A stretch of DNA of 64,000 nt from an uncultured delta proteobacterium (GCA_963760795.1 CAVXEP010000008.1:1-64000), one strand, 5' to 3'. Numbered from the stretch's first letter, positions 40,499 to 51,826 are shown. Program-made: numbers and translations. The notes: a model not told the origin generated them from the sequence alone.

Positions 40499-40568
40499 TT
40501 CACCACGAAGGACGCGAAGAGCACAAAGGGATTCGGATAAATTAATTCCGAACTTCGGGTCTTCGTGA
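40499..40568. repeat. 9-nt-period palindromic intergenic element
   Basis: ttcaccacgaaggacgcgaagagcacaaagg-ttcgga..tccgaa-cttcgggtcttcgtga. Confidence 0.65.
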
Positions 40569-40613
40569 TACAAATAAAAATCTTCATCGTAAGTAAATCT
40601 AGACGTAGGCGAG

Positions 40614-41724
40614 TTATTTGACGGTATAGCTGCCCATGCCCTGGCGCTGGAGTTCGGCGACGATATCGCGCACTTCTTGGGAGCGATTGAGATCGCCGAC
40701 CAGGATGGCGTCGGGGGTATCGACCACAACAGCATTGTCGATGCCCAACAGCACGACCAGACGATCGGCGGAATGAATCAGGCAGTTTTTCGCGCCGATC
40801 TGCATCCAGCGGCCGTTGCCGGCGTTGCCGTGAACGTCCTTGTCCATCATGCGATGCACCGCGGCCCAGCTGCCGACATCGCTCCAGCCGAAGTTGGCTT
40901 CGACGGTGATGACTTTGCCTTCGGCGCCGGCTTTTTCCAAAACCGCAAAGTCGATGGAGATGCTCGGCATCCGGCCATACTCGCGGGCGATGGTTCGACG
41001 CAAGGCTGGTGCTGGGACTGGCGAGTGGTTTTCCCGCAGCGGCTTTGGCGATCCGGCTAAGCGCCGCGCCGATTTCCGGCTGATAGCGATTCAACAGACC
41101 CAGCAGCAAGGATGCTTTCCAGACAAAGATGCCGCTGTTCCACAGCGAGCCTTGGCGAATTAATTTTTTCGCCGCTGCTTCGTTAGGCTTCTCGGTAAAT
41201 TTTTTGACTTGGAACGCGCCGCCGGCAGCCGCAAGTTTGCCGCTTTTCATGATGTAGCCGTAGCCGGTTTCCGGGTAATCGGGACGGATGCCGATGGTGA
41301 CCAGCTGGTCACGTTTTTTCGCTAGCGCGACCGCCGACTTCAGAGTGCGCTGAAAGCCTTTCACGTCGGCTACCCAATGGTCGGCGGGAAGCACGACCAT
41401 CACGCCGTTGGGATCTCGGCGCAAGACTTCCAACGCGGCCAGCCCGATGCAAGGCGCGGTATTTTTCCCCAGCGGCTCGGCAAGGAAATTATTCTTCGGC
41501 AGGGCGGACAGTTCTTTTCTGAGCGCGCCGACTTGCTCGGCGACGGTGACCACTAAGGTCCGCGCGCGGCCGCCGAGGCCGTAGACGCGCTCGGCGGTTT
41601 CGTCGATCAAGCTTTTGCGGCTCAAGATTTTTAACAACTGTTTGGGTCGTTGAGCGCGGCTCAGGGGCCAGAAGCGCGTGCCTTTGCCGCCGGCGATGAT
41701 GACGTTGAAGCAGTGTTTTTCCAT
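40614..41724 (-). CDS. manC: Mannose-1-phosphate guanylyltransferase (frameshift near 41005)
   Basis: IAGGKGTRFWPLSR, PKQLL, KNTAP, PADH, ETGYGYI, FTEKP, WNSGIF; SIDFAVLEK and WSDVGSW in the next frame. Confidence 0.92.
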
Positions 41725-41786
41725 TTGTCTGCGAGTTGATGAGTGCGCCGGTTAGTGTACGGTAGCCGTGATGGGCGATCAAGTGA

Positions 41787-42744
41787 ATGGCCAAGATGAA
41801 AACAAGATTTGGCTTGTGCCCGATGATCTGCAAAGCGGTCCGGTTAGACGGCTTCTTGCGCCAATGCTTGCCGCATTTGTCGCGCCAGGAAGTTCATCGA
41901 GCCATCGCCGATAACTTATTTCTACTCAATGGCCGAGTCGCGCGAAAGGGCGATCGCGTGAACGGCGGCGATCGGATTTCCTTCGTCGGGCCGGCGGATT
42001 TGTTGTGCGACGCGCCGCTGCCGGCGCGGCAATTGGAAATCCCGATTATCTACGAGGACGAATCGATCCTCGCCGTCGACAAGCCGGCGGGGGTGGCGAC
42101 CCATGGCTTTTCCGGCCGAGATCGCGCCACGCTGGCGAATTTTCTTGCCGCCCAGCGGCCCGGACTACTAAACGTCGGCACGAGCCGGTGGGAGCCTGGA
42201 CTGGTGCATCGGCTCGACATCGAGACCTCCGGTGTTGTGCTGGTCGCCAAGACTCAAGCTGCATTTGAGTCGCTGCGTGAACAGTTTCGCCGCCGGGAGA
42301 TCAAGAAAATATATCTTGCCCTGGTTTGGGGACAGCCACTCGAACGCGGCACCATCGAGCTGGCGCTGGCCCATGATCGCGGCGATCGGCGCCGCATGGT
42401 TGCGGTGGAGCAAGCCCGAGCGTAGCCCAGACCGCCGGGTCTGGCGGGCGACGACCCATTACCATGTCGTTGCCACTGCCGGCGGCCTAAGCTTGCTGGA
42501 GGTCGAGATGGTGACCGGCGTGACGCACCAGATTCGCGTGCATCTATCGTCGAACGGCTATCCGATCGTCGGCGATACGTTATATGGTGCGGACTATCCG
42601 GAGCGTTTCGGCTTGGCGCGCCATTGTTTGCACGCCCGCAGTCTGACCTTGCGCCACCCGGCGAGTGGAAAGCTTTTCAGTGTCGTTGCGGAGCTGGCGG
42701 TGGACTTTCGAGAGGTTTTACAACGAATCGGAATACCGGTTTAG
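41787..42744 (+). CDS. RluA/RluD-family pseudouridine synthase with S4 domain (frameshift near 42410; start uncertain)
   Basis: RLDGFL, VDKPAG, VHRLDIETSG; TGVTHQIRVH and GDTLYG in the next frame. Confidence 0.9.
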
Positions 42745-43100
42745 GCGGCGCTGGGTTTGACGCCTTTGGCTTTGGCGCAGGGGCCGCAAAAGTTGTTAAG
42801 CGTAATCGCTTCTTCCATCCAGCCGTCATCGAGGTTGTGGCTGATTTTCTTGCATTCGAAACAGATAAAATACAAGCCGTCGATGCTCTTGTTGATCTTC
42901 TCGCGGTTGAGCACGCGGCCGCGCAACTTGTCGATGCGAATGCCGAGCAGCTCTTCGTAGTTCTTCTTTATCTTGCGCCGGCCGGCTTCATCACTTGGTA
43001 AATCTTCATCATCGGACTCATCATGGGTGCCGTCATCGATATAGTCGTGCGACCGATCCTTGGCTGGCCGTCCCGCGGTTTTCTTCTTAGTTCGTGGCAT
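42741..43100 (-). CDS. Small C4 zinc-finger protein, DksA/TraR-like
   Basis: IDGLYFICFEC-x21-CGPC; basic N-terminus followed by an acidic tract. Confidence 0.6.
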   Translation of the reverse strand: MPRTKKKTAGRPAKDRSHDYIDDGTHDESDDEDLPSDEAGRRKIKKNYEELLGIRIDKLRGRVLNREKINKSIDGLYFICFECKKISHNLDDGWMEEAITLNNFCGPCAKAKGVKPSAA

Positions 43101-43420
43101 TTGGCTTAGCACTCCGTGCGAATTTTATCCTGGCGGCTGTTGGCTTTGATGTCGGTAAACGACCCTAATTGATAATGAACACGACCAAGGATGTCAATAG
43201 TGTAGCGGGAACTCCTAACATCTAAATGCGCTCACTCGAGAACAGGTTTTCGGACGGCCCGCATGAACATTCGATGACAACGTTATCGAATGCTCTCAAC
43301 TCACCCGAACCTCCACCTGGTTAGGAGACGGATTTCCGGTTTGCCGCCGGGGGTGATTTTGCAGTAGGTTGAACATTGTAACTGAACTCGTAACAGATCG
43401 TTTCTTAAGAGGAGACTGAT

Positions 43421-43829
43421 ATGAAGATCGACGGCGGCTGCCATTGCGGCTATATAACCTACAGCTGCGGAAATCGATCCTGAAGACGTTGGCATATGCC
43501 ATTGCACGGATTGCCAGACCCTAACCGGTACCGCCTTTCGCATCAGTGTTCGGGCAACCAAGGAGGCATTTCATATAGACGGACAAGCGAAGATTTATAT
43601 AAAGACAGCCGAAAGCGGCGCTAAGCGCGCCCAAGCATTTTGTCCCGAGTGTGGCACGCCGATTTATTCGGCGGCGGTGAACGACCCGCAAGTGTTCAAC
43701 ATCCGTGTCGGCACGGCGCGCCAGCGAGCCGAGCTGAGGCCAAAAACACAAGGGTGGTGCCGATCGGCGCGCGACTGGGTAAACGATCTGCAATCCGTAA
43801 AGCAGTTTGCCAAACAACGGATCGGTTGA
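43421..43829 (+). CDS. GFA/CENP-V family Zn protein (+1 frameshift near 43462; absent from ORF track)
   Basis: MKIDGGCHCGYITY, then ICHCTDCQTLTG...RAQAFCPECGTPIY; AGGAG RBS. Confidence 0.88.
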
Positions 43830-43883
43830 GTCGAAAGGGCACAGCTGCAATCCGATCTTTCACCGGCGGATAAGGAGTTCTCC

Positions 43884-44720
43884 GTGACCGACGAAGGCAA
43901 TCGCAAACGCGAAGAGAGCCGGCGGGTTTTTAGCGAAGCGGCTCCCATCTACGATCGAATTGGTCCGCCAATTTTTTCTCGCTTTGGACAGCGGCTTGTT
44001 GATGTCTCGGAGATGCCACTCGGCGCGAATGTTCTCGACGTTGCGGCGGGTCGTGGCGCTGTGTTGTTCCCGGCGGCCGCGAAAGTTGGCACAAGCGGGC
44101 GCGTTATTGGCATAGATTTTACCACCGCCATGGTCAGGGAGACCGCCAAGGATATCGCTAGCCGAAAGATCGCTAACGCTGAAATCCGCCAGATGGATGC
44201 CGAGCAGATGGAGTTTGACGATGCTGCATTCGATTGCGTCACCTGCGGTTTTGCGCTCTGGATGTTTGCCGAACCGGCGCGGGTTCTGCAGGAATTTCGT
44301 CGCGTGCTGCGGCCGGGCGGACAGGTAGCTCTCAGCAGTTGGGCGGCGGATAACCCGGCCCAAACTTGGTGTCATGAAGTGCTTCGACCCTTTGTGGCGG
44401 CATCCGCGTCCAAACTCTTGGCGACGAAAGACGTGAGATTCGACACGCCGTTGCAGTTAGAAACGGTACTGCGACAGTCAGGCTTCGCAGAGATTCAAAT
44501 CACAGTCGAAGAGATGGAGTTTGTTTATCGCAGCGAGGAACAGTATTGGTCTTCCCTCTGGTCGTCCGGTTTACGGCGCCCGCTTGAAAAGATGACTGCG
44601 GATTTACTGGCACAGGCCAAGAGCGAAGTCATACGAAAATTTCAAACCTTTAGACAGCCAGATGGATTTCACAAACTGAGCCGCGCTTTATTCGCTTGCG
44701 GAAGGAAACCGACGAGGTGA
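43884..44720 (+). CDS. Class I SAM-dependent methyltransferase (UbiE-like)
   Basis: VLDVAAGRG, IGID, MDAE, FRRVLRPGG. Confidence 0.9.
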   Translation: MTDEGNRKREESRRVFSEAAPIYDRIGPPIFSRFGQRLVDVSEMPLGANVLDVAAGRGAVLFPAAAKVGTSGRVIGIDFTTAMVRETAKDIASRKIANAEIRQMDAEQMEFDDAAFDCVTCGFALWMFAEPARVLQEFRRVLRPGGQVALSSWAADNPAQTWCHEVLRPFVAASASKLLATKDVRFDTPLQLETVLRQSGFAEIQITVEEMEFVYRSEEQYWSSLWSSGLRRPLEKMTADLLAQAKSEVIRKFQTFRQPDGFHKLSRALFACGRKPTR

Positions 44721-44831
44721 CACGATGCGTTGTCAGTAATTGAAGGGGCTAGATTTGCAGAGATGCCAAGAAACCACCGGTGCCCTTGAGACCTTGGGCC
44801 GCACTATACGGTTCATCGAAAGGCTAATTCA

Positions 44832-45782
44832 ATGAAAAAAACTTTATTGGTGATGACGACTCTGTATCTGCTTCATTCATCCGTTCACGCCGCCGAAAAA
44901 ATTCGCATCGGCTTTCCGGAATTCAACTCTTCGACCTTTACGCTGCCGATGGCGCAGATCAAAGGCTTCTTTCACGAAGAAGGGCTGCAAGCCGAGCTGA
45001 TCCGAATTCGCTCCGCCGTGGCTTTGCCGGCGCTGACTAGCGGCGAAATCGACTACCACACCGTGGTCGCTCCCGCCGTCACGGCGGCGTTGCGCGGCAT
45101 TCCCGTCCGGGTTGTCGCCTGCTTTACGCCGGGACTGACCACGGCGATCATCGCCCGTCCCGAGATCAAGACGGTTCAAGATCTCAAAGGCAAGATCATC
45201 GGCCTCAACAGCATCGGCGGCGGGCTGGAAAGCACGGTGCGGCTTATGTTGAAGCACTATGGACTCGATCCCGACAAGGATGTGAAGTTTCTCGCCACGG
45301 GAGGGATCGAGACGCGCTTTGCCGCCTTGAAACAGGGCCTGACAGTGGCGACGGCGGGCTCCACGCCGGCTGATTATCTGGGCAAGAAATTCGGCTACGT
45401 GGTGCTGGCGCGGGCTTACGATCTGTTCAGTTATCCGAACACCGGGCTAGTCGCCAGCGTGAAAAGTATCAAGGAAAATCCCGATCGGCTCAAGCGCGTG
45501 ATCAGAGCCGGCATCAAGGCCAATCGTTACATACTGCAAAATCGCGAGGGCACGATTCAAGTCATGATGCAGTGGATGAGAGTCGACCGGGACACGGCGA
45601 CGGCGACCTACGACGGCTCGGTGAAGTCGTTCAATGACGATGGCAGCGTTTCCGACGCCGGTCTGCGCATCGCCCTCGACGAATCGCGCAAGGCCGCGAA
45701 TATCACCCGCGAGGTGGCCTTCAGCGAAGTTGCGGATTTTTCGATGCTGCGCGAAGCGCAGCGGGAGTTGGGGGCAAAGTAA
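44832..45782 (+). CDS. NMT1/SsuA-type substrate-binding protein
   Basis: Signal peptide, GFFHEEGLQAE, SGEIDY, DLKGKIIG, ADFS. Confidence 0.88.
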   Translation: MKKTLLVMTTLYLLHSSVHAAEKIRIGFPEFNSSTFTLPMAQIKGFFHEEGLQAELIRIRSAVALPALTSGEIDYHTVVAPAVTAALRGIPVRVVACFTPGLTTAIIARPEIKTVQDLKGKIIGLNSIGGGLESTVRLMLKHYGLDPDKDVKFLATGGIETRFAALKQGLTVATAGSTPADYLGKKFGYVVLARAYDLFSYPNTGLVASVKSIKENPDRLKRVIRAGIKANRYILQNREGTIQVMMQWMRVDRDTATATYDGSVKSFNDDGSVSDAGLRIALDESRKAANITREVAFSEVADFSMLREAQRELGAK

Positions 45783-45840
45783 TTTTGGATTTTCGATCCT
45801 TCGGCAACGCTCAGGACAGGTTTTGGATTTTGGATTGTCG
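45781..45840. repeat. 7-nt-unit tract interrupted by a REP-like insert
   Basis: attttgg-attttcg-[atccttcggcaacgctcaggacagg]-ttttgg-attttgg-attgtcg. Confidence 0.55.
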
Positions 45841-45915
45841 GTCAAACTGCGGCTGGGAACAGAAAATATGCACGACAGCTGATCTTATCGGCGATTCCGT
45901 GCAGGATTGAGGATT

Positions 45916-46874
45916 ATGGATAGGACTTTTTCTCGTTGATGCTGGTGTCTTTCACTCTCAGCGCGCCGGCTTCAGGCGGCGGATAAGATCAGAATCTCCA
46001 TGACCGGCTTCGCCGGGCAGTTCATGACCTTTCCGCTGGCGCAGAAGCGCGGCTTTCTCAAGGAAGAAGGCGTCGAGGCTGAGATCGTTCGCATCTCGGC
46101 GGCGTGCCGGCCGGGCGGCGTTGACCAACGGCGATATAGATTATTCGACGGGGATAGGCGGGACGGCGATCAATGGAGCGCTCAGCGGCATTCCGATTCG
46201 AGTCGTTGCCTGCTTTGTTCCTGCGCCGGTGCTCGGCCTGGTAGCGCGGCCGGAATTCAAAACCGTGCAGGCGCTCAAAGGCAAGACGATCGCTATTCTG
46301 ATCCCTGGCGGTGTCGCGCATTTTGCCGCGCGGGCCATGGTCAGACATGGCGGTCTCGATGCGGAAAAGGAAATGAAGTATCTCGCCGTCGGGCCGCCTG
46401 ATGCCCGTTACGCCGCGTTGACTCAGGGTTTGGTCGAGGCGGCGATACTCGGGCCGCCGTCTCGACTTCGAGGCGCGCAAGCAGGGTTACAATATTCTGT
46501 CGCGGGCCGACGAAGTGATGGTTCTCCCAGAGACCGGCTTGGTCACCGGCGTCAAGAAAATTCACGACAAGCCCGATGAGATCAAGCGCGTCATTCGCGC
46601 CGGCATCAAAGCCAATCGTTACATTCGCGCCAATCGCGATGGCACGGTTCAGTTCTTGACGGAGTGGCTCAAGCTTAATAGAGAATCTGCCGCGGCGACC
46701 TACGATAGCGTCGTTCGGGTTTATAACGAAGACGTCAACGTCTGCGACAAAGGGCTACGCGTGGTGATCGACGAGACCAAGAAAACCATGAAGCTCAGCC
46801 GCGATGTCCCTTACAGCGAAGTCGCCGACCTGTCGATTTTCCGGGACACTCAGCGGGAGTTAGCGGCCAAATAG
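45916..46874 (+). CDS. NMT1/SsuA-type substrate-binding protein, tandem paralog of 44832 (several frameshifts; start approximate)
   Basis: GFLKEEGVEAE, NGDIDY; KRVIRAGIKANRYI identical to the upstream paralog. Confidence 0.8.
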
Positions 46875-46940
46875 CAAATAGCGGAGTTTGAGCTAGGCAG
46901 TGGCAACTACCGTGCGCAGGAATTGACGAAAGGAATTAGC

Positions 46941-47765
46941 ATGATCTCGAATAACTTGATTCGATTACTAGCCGTGGTCGGGGTTTTCTTATTGTTGGCG
47001 GTCGCCAAGCCGTTCGTTATCGTGCGCGCGGGCACGGTCGGAGTGGTTTACAGCTTTGGTTCCATCGTCGGCCAAGTGGACGAGGGCTTTCACCTCATCT
47101 GGCCGTGGTGGTTCATCACCCACACGGATATCAAAGTGCAGAGAGCGGTGTTGGATAAATTGCCGTCCTTTAGCGCAGAGACTCAAGATGTCTTCGTTAG
47201 AGCCAGCCTGAACTATCAGGTGTCCCCGAAGGCGGTTCAGACTTTGTTCCGCACCGTTGGTCCGGATTATTTTCATGTGCTGATCGAGCCGCGCGTAGCG
47301 CAAAATTTCAAGGACGAAACCGTGAAGTATAAGAGCGTCGACATTGCACCCAACCGAGAAAAGATCCGGCAGGCGGTGCGGCAACGACTCGAAGCTGAAC
47401 TTTCACCGTACTCGATCCATATTATCGACTTGCTGCTCGATAACGTGGATTTTAGCGCCGCCTTCAAACAATCCATTGAGAACAAACAAATCGCCACGCA
47501 GAAGGCGCTTGAGCAAGAGCAGTTGGTCTCTGCGGCTAAATTTTCCGCGCAACAACGCGTCGAGACCGAAAAGGGCGAAGGCGAGGCTAAGCTGGCACGG
47601 GCTGAGAAAGAAGCGCTGGCCAACCAAAGATTGTCGGCGTCGCTGACGCCGTTGCTTGTCCAGCACGAGATGATCGACAAGTTGTCTGAGAAAATCCAAA
47701 TCATGGTTGTGCCGCAAGGATCGAACTTTCTTATGCAGTTGCCCAATGTCGCGGCAGTGAAATGA
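46941..47765 (+). CDS. SPFH/prohibitin (band 7) family protein
   Basis: N-terminal TM, AGTVGVV, EGFHLIWPW, FSAAFKQSIENKQIA. Confidence 0.9.
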   Translation: MISNNLIRLLAVVGVFLLLAVAKPFVIVRAGTVGVVYSFGSIVGQVDEGFHLIWPWWFITHTDIKVQRAVLDKLPSFSAETQDVFVRASLNYQVSPKAVQTLFRTVGPDYFHVLIEPRVAQNFKDETVKYKSVDIAPNREKIRQAVRQRLEAELSPYSIHIIDLLLDNVDFSAAFKQSIENKQIATQKALEQEQLVSAAKFSAQQRVETEKGEGEAKLARAEKEALANQRLSASLTPLLVQHEMIDKLSEKIQIMVVPQGSNFLMQLPNVAAVK

Positions 47766-47782
47766 ATAAATAAGGAGACGCG

Positions 47783-48572
<790 letters not shown>

Positions 48573-48614
48573 CTGCGGGTCCCATTGATACCGGGCAAAT
48601 TGGGAGGCGAACAC

Positions 48615-49061
48615 ATGAGAGACAAAGCGATCGTTTTCCAGACTGGCGAAGGCAAGTCGCTGAGCGCGCGCGGCAGCGCGATGTTTTTCAAAGCAACCCA
48701 CGCGAGCACGAACGGAACGTTTTCACTTATGGAGCGCACTCTGCCGCCTGGCGGCAGGAAACCGCCGCCACATATTCACACCAATTGCGAAGAGGCCTTT
48801 TACGTCCTCGACGGCGAGGTAGAATTCTTTCTCGGCGACGAAACCGTTCTTGGTCGGCCCGGGTCATTCGTGCATGTACCCGGCGGCGTCTCCCATACTT
48901 TCGGCAATGCAGTGAATATTCCGTCGCGGCTGCTGATCATTCACGCACCGGCGATGGACTCATATTTTGAAGAGTTACAAGCATTGTGGTCCGGGCAAGT
49001 TCCACCTGGCGCGGAAGATGAAAAGGCTTTGATGAAGCGGCATGGAATGGAGCCGAGGTGA
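48615..49061 (+). CDS. Cupin domain protein (quercetinase-like monocupin)
   Basis: PPHIHTNCEEAFYVLDG...VPGGVSHTF. Confidence 0.88.
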   Translation: MRDKAIVFQTGEGKSLSARGSAMFFKATHASTNGTFSLMERTLPPGGRKPPPHIHTNCEEAFYVLDGEVEFFLGDETVLGRPGSFVHVPGGVSHTFGNAVNIPSRLLIIHAPAMDSYFEELQALWSGQVPPGAEDEKALMKRHGMEPR

Positions 49062-49152
49062 GTCAAGGGTTCTTAGTCAGGGTCTGTTGATCTCCCGCAA
49101 TAGGCGCATAGGGCGTCAAGAGAATCATTCGAATATTGGAGCAGATTCGGCC

Positions 49153-49359
49153 ATGGCCAAAAACGGTTTTCAGGCTTTCGACAGTGACATGCATGTGTTC
49201 GAGCCGGCGGATTTGTATACGAAGTACATGAGACCGAAGTGGGGCGAACGGATTCCGCTCGGGAATCCACGCAATAAGCATGGCATGACACGCTACTTTC
49301 TCGGTGATGGCAAGCCGATCCGGCCGCCAAACCGCAGTCGTTGTTGCGTTTGCCGCTGA
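49153..49359 (+). pseudogene. Truncated amidohydrolase_2 N-terminus
   Basis: MAKNGFQAFDSDMHVFEPADLY; homology ends after ~60 aa. Confidence 0.7.
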
Positions 49360-49449
49360 TCATGTGCAGGTCATGGGCCAATGGGGCTATTTGGCGCGCC
49401 TCTCGACCGGCGACTATCAAGAGATTCAAGTCACCCGGCGTCGGCACGC

Positions 49450-49567
49450 ACACCGGACTGGGCGCGCGCTTTTTGATGCCCGGGTCCTTGAATCTTTCCC
49501 ATAGTCCAGCGGTTCCATGATATGCATGTCGGAATCGATGATCTTAAAGCCGGTGTTTATGATTCAA
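49450..49567 (-). pseudogene. Second truncated amidohydrolase_2 N-terminus
   Basis: Minus strand GFKIIDSDMHIMEPLD... with frameshifts. Confidence 0.65.
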
Positions 49568-49886
49568 CTTCGCTCCGATCCTGGTCAAGACTGGCCTGGA
49601 ACGACGTAGGGACTACAACTGTTGATAATGCCTTGTCAATAATCCAACCGGGAGTCTTGGACGGTCAGTCCTTAACTTGACAAGGCTAGGGGTGGGTATT
49701 ACAGTTTGATGCGAGTTTTACGTCTGAATCGTAACTGTCTTGCAAGCCAGTTTGATGATCAATTTTACCGTGACAAGACTCAAATAGGTAGAGTAGTTCA
49801 GCAGTTCGCCTGGAATTCCGCGTTTATTTTATGTCCGCGGGTTTGGTTTCCAGGTTTTTTTCTCTAAGGGTTGCGGGAGTAGAGGC

Positions 49887-50321
49887 ATGGCGCCAGAAGA
49901 AGAAAAACAAGAAGGCAAAGGATTCACGGTCCAGGATCGACGGCGATTTTCGCCGGAGACCGGCGAAGCGCGAGAGGACGGGGCAGAGGCGCAGGAGGCG
50001 GCCAATCAAGCTTCGCAGCAGACCACTGCCGCGCAGGAGCGTGTGGAAAGTGCCGCTCAAGCCAATGCTCTACCTGAAATCGATTTTTCTACCTTTGTCA
50101 TTAGCTTGAGCACTCAGGTGTTGATGCACTTGGGCGAAATTTCCAACCCGATCAGCGGCAAAGTTGAAGGCGACATTAGCGTGGCCAAGCAAATGATCGA
50201 TATCTTGGGCATGTTGTGTGAAAAAACCCGCGGCAACTTGAACGCTAACGAGGCACAGTTGATGGAAGGCATTCTTTTCGATTTGCGCATGAAGTATGTC
50301 GAAGCGGTGAAGAAGCGATAG
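49887..50321 (+). CDS. DUF1844 domain protein
   Basis: GFTVQDRRRF, IDFSTFVISL, HLGEISNP, AKQMIDILGML..KTRGNL. Confidence 0.85.
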   Translation: MAPEEEKQEGKGFTVQDRRRFSPETGEAREDGAEAQEAANQASQQTTAAQERVESAAQANALPEIDFSTFVISLSTQVLMHLGEISNPISGKVEGDISVAKQMIDILGMLCEKTRGNLNANEAQLMEGILFDLRMKYVEAVKKR

Positions 50322-50329
50322 GAGTGGGG

Positions 50330-51826
50330 ATGGAACCGGAAAGTAAGTGGGGCGGCAGCATTAGTTTCAAGGGCGCGATTTTAGTCGCCCTGGTTTCGCT
50401 AGTGGTTGGACTCGGCATCAGCGGCAGCCTCGACTGGTTAGCGCCTGGCCGTGCGGTTAATTTTTTGGGCGACGCGGGTTCTCCTGAATCGCGCCTATCG
50501 GGTGGCCTGCCGGACTTCGTCTCACTAGCAAAAATGATGAAGCCCCTGGTGGTCAACATTTCCACGACGCAAGTCAGCGAAGGCCGTGGTGGCGGCCAGG
50601 AGTTTGGCAGCCCCTTTGGCGATGACGATCAGTTCAACGATTTCTGGAAACGTTTTTTCGGCGGGCCGCAGCCGCGCGGGCCGCAGCGCCAACGCAGCCT
50701 CGGCTCGGGATTCATCATTGATGGCGACGGTTCGATATTGACCAATAATCATGTGGTCGAGAATGCTTCGAAGATCGTCGTGAAACTTTCCGACGATCAA
50801 GAATACGAAGCTAAAGTCATCGGTAGAGATGCCAAGACCGACATCGCGGTGATCAAGATCAACGTCAAGTCGTCATTGCCGGCGGCAAATTTTGGCGATT
50901 CCGATAAGCTCGAAGTGGGCGAGTGGGTGGTTGCCATCGGCAACCCATTCGGCTTGGACAGCACCGTGACCTCAGGCATCGTCAGCGCCAAAGGCCGGCA
51001 TATCGGCCAGGGGCCTTACGACAATTTTATTCAGACCGATGCTTCGATCAATCCGGGAAACTCCGGCGGACCCTTGATCAACTTGCGCGGCGAGATTGTC
51101 GGTATCAATACCGCGATTTTCAGCCGCACCGGCGGCAACATGGGCATTGGCTTCGCCATCCCGATCAATTTGGTCAAAGAGCTGCTGCCGCAGCTGCGTG
51201 GCAAAGGCAAAGTCACCCGCGGCTTCTTGGGCGTGTTGATCCAAAAGGTCACTCCGGAGATCGCCGATAGTCTCGCCTTAGAGAAAGCTCAAGGCGCCTT
51301 GGTCGCCAATGTCTCGAAGGATGGGCCGGCCGATAAGGCCGGCGTCAAAGTTGGCGATGTCATCGTCGAGTTCGACGGCAAGGAAGTGAAAGACTCGGGC
51401 GATTTGCCGATCATCGTCGCGCGCACACAGGTAGATAAAAAAGTGCGCATGAAAGTGGTGCGCGACAAGAAGGAAATGGTGCTCGGCGTCGCCGTCGGCG
51501 AGCTTAAGGATGAAGAAGTGGTCGCCGCGGCGCCGGAGAAGGGTGAGCTCGGCCTCACCGTGCAACGGCTGACGCCGCCAATGGCGGAAAGCTTGGGTTT
51601 GGAAAAATCCGATGGTGTGGTGGTTTCGGCGGTTGAGCCGGGTAGCGCTGCCGATGACGCCGGGATTCGGCGTGGCGATGTGCTGATGGAGATCGACCGC
51701 CGGCCGGTCCGTAATCTCGATGAATATCGTAAAATGGTCGCCGCGATCAAAAAGGGCCGAGGGGTCTTGTTCCTGGTGCGGCGCGGCGAAAGCACCTTGT
51801 TCTTGGCCTTGAAACCGCAGCGTTGA
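50330..51826 (+). CDS. degP: DegP/DegQ (HtrA) serine protease with two PDZ domains
   Basis: TNNHVV, DIAV, QTDASINPGNSGGPL. Confidence 0.93.
   Translation: MEPESKWGGSISFKGAILVALVSLVVGLGISGSLDWLAPGRAVNFLGDAGSPESRLSGGLPDFVSLAKMMKPLVVNISTTQVSEGRGGGQEFGSPFGDDDQFNDFWKRFFGGPQPRGPQRQRSLGSGFIIDGDGSILTNNHVVENASKIVVKLSDDQEYEAKVIGRDAKTDIAVIKINVKSSLPAANFGDSDKLEVGEWVVAIGNPFGLDSTVTSGIVSAKGRHIGQGPYDNFIQTDASINPGNSGGPLINLRGEIVGINTAIFSRTGGNMGIGFAIPINLVKELLPQLRGKGKVTRGFLGVLIQKVTPEIADSLALEKAQGALVANVSKDGPADKAGVKVGDVIVEFDGKEVKDSGDLPIIVARTQVDKKVRMKVVRDKKEMVLGVAVGELKDEEVVAAAPEKGELGLTVQRLTPPMAESLGLEKSDGVVVSAVEPGSAADDAGIRRGDVLMEIDRRPVRNLDEYRKMVAAIKKGRGVLFLVRRGESTLFLALKPQR

Noticed and set aside
39641-40735. 364-aa TrmI with a long N-terminal extension
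   Set aside because: The extension runs through the manC 3' end and an intergenic repeat; homology starts at 40462
42423-42425. In-frame TAG in RluA as pyrrolysine or readthrough
   Set aside because: The downstream RluA motifs are in a different frame, so this is an indel
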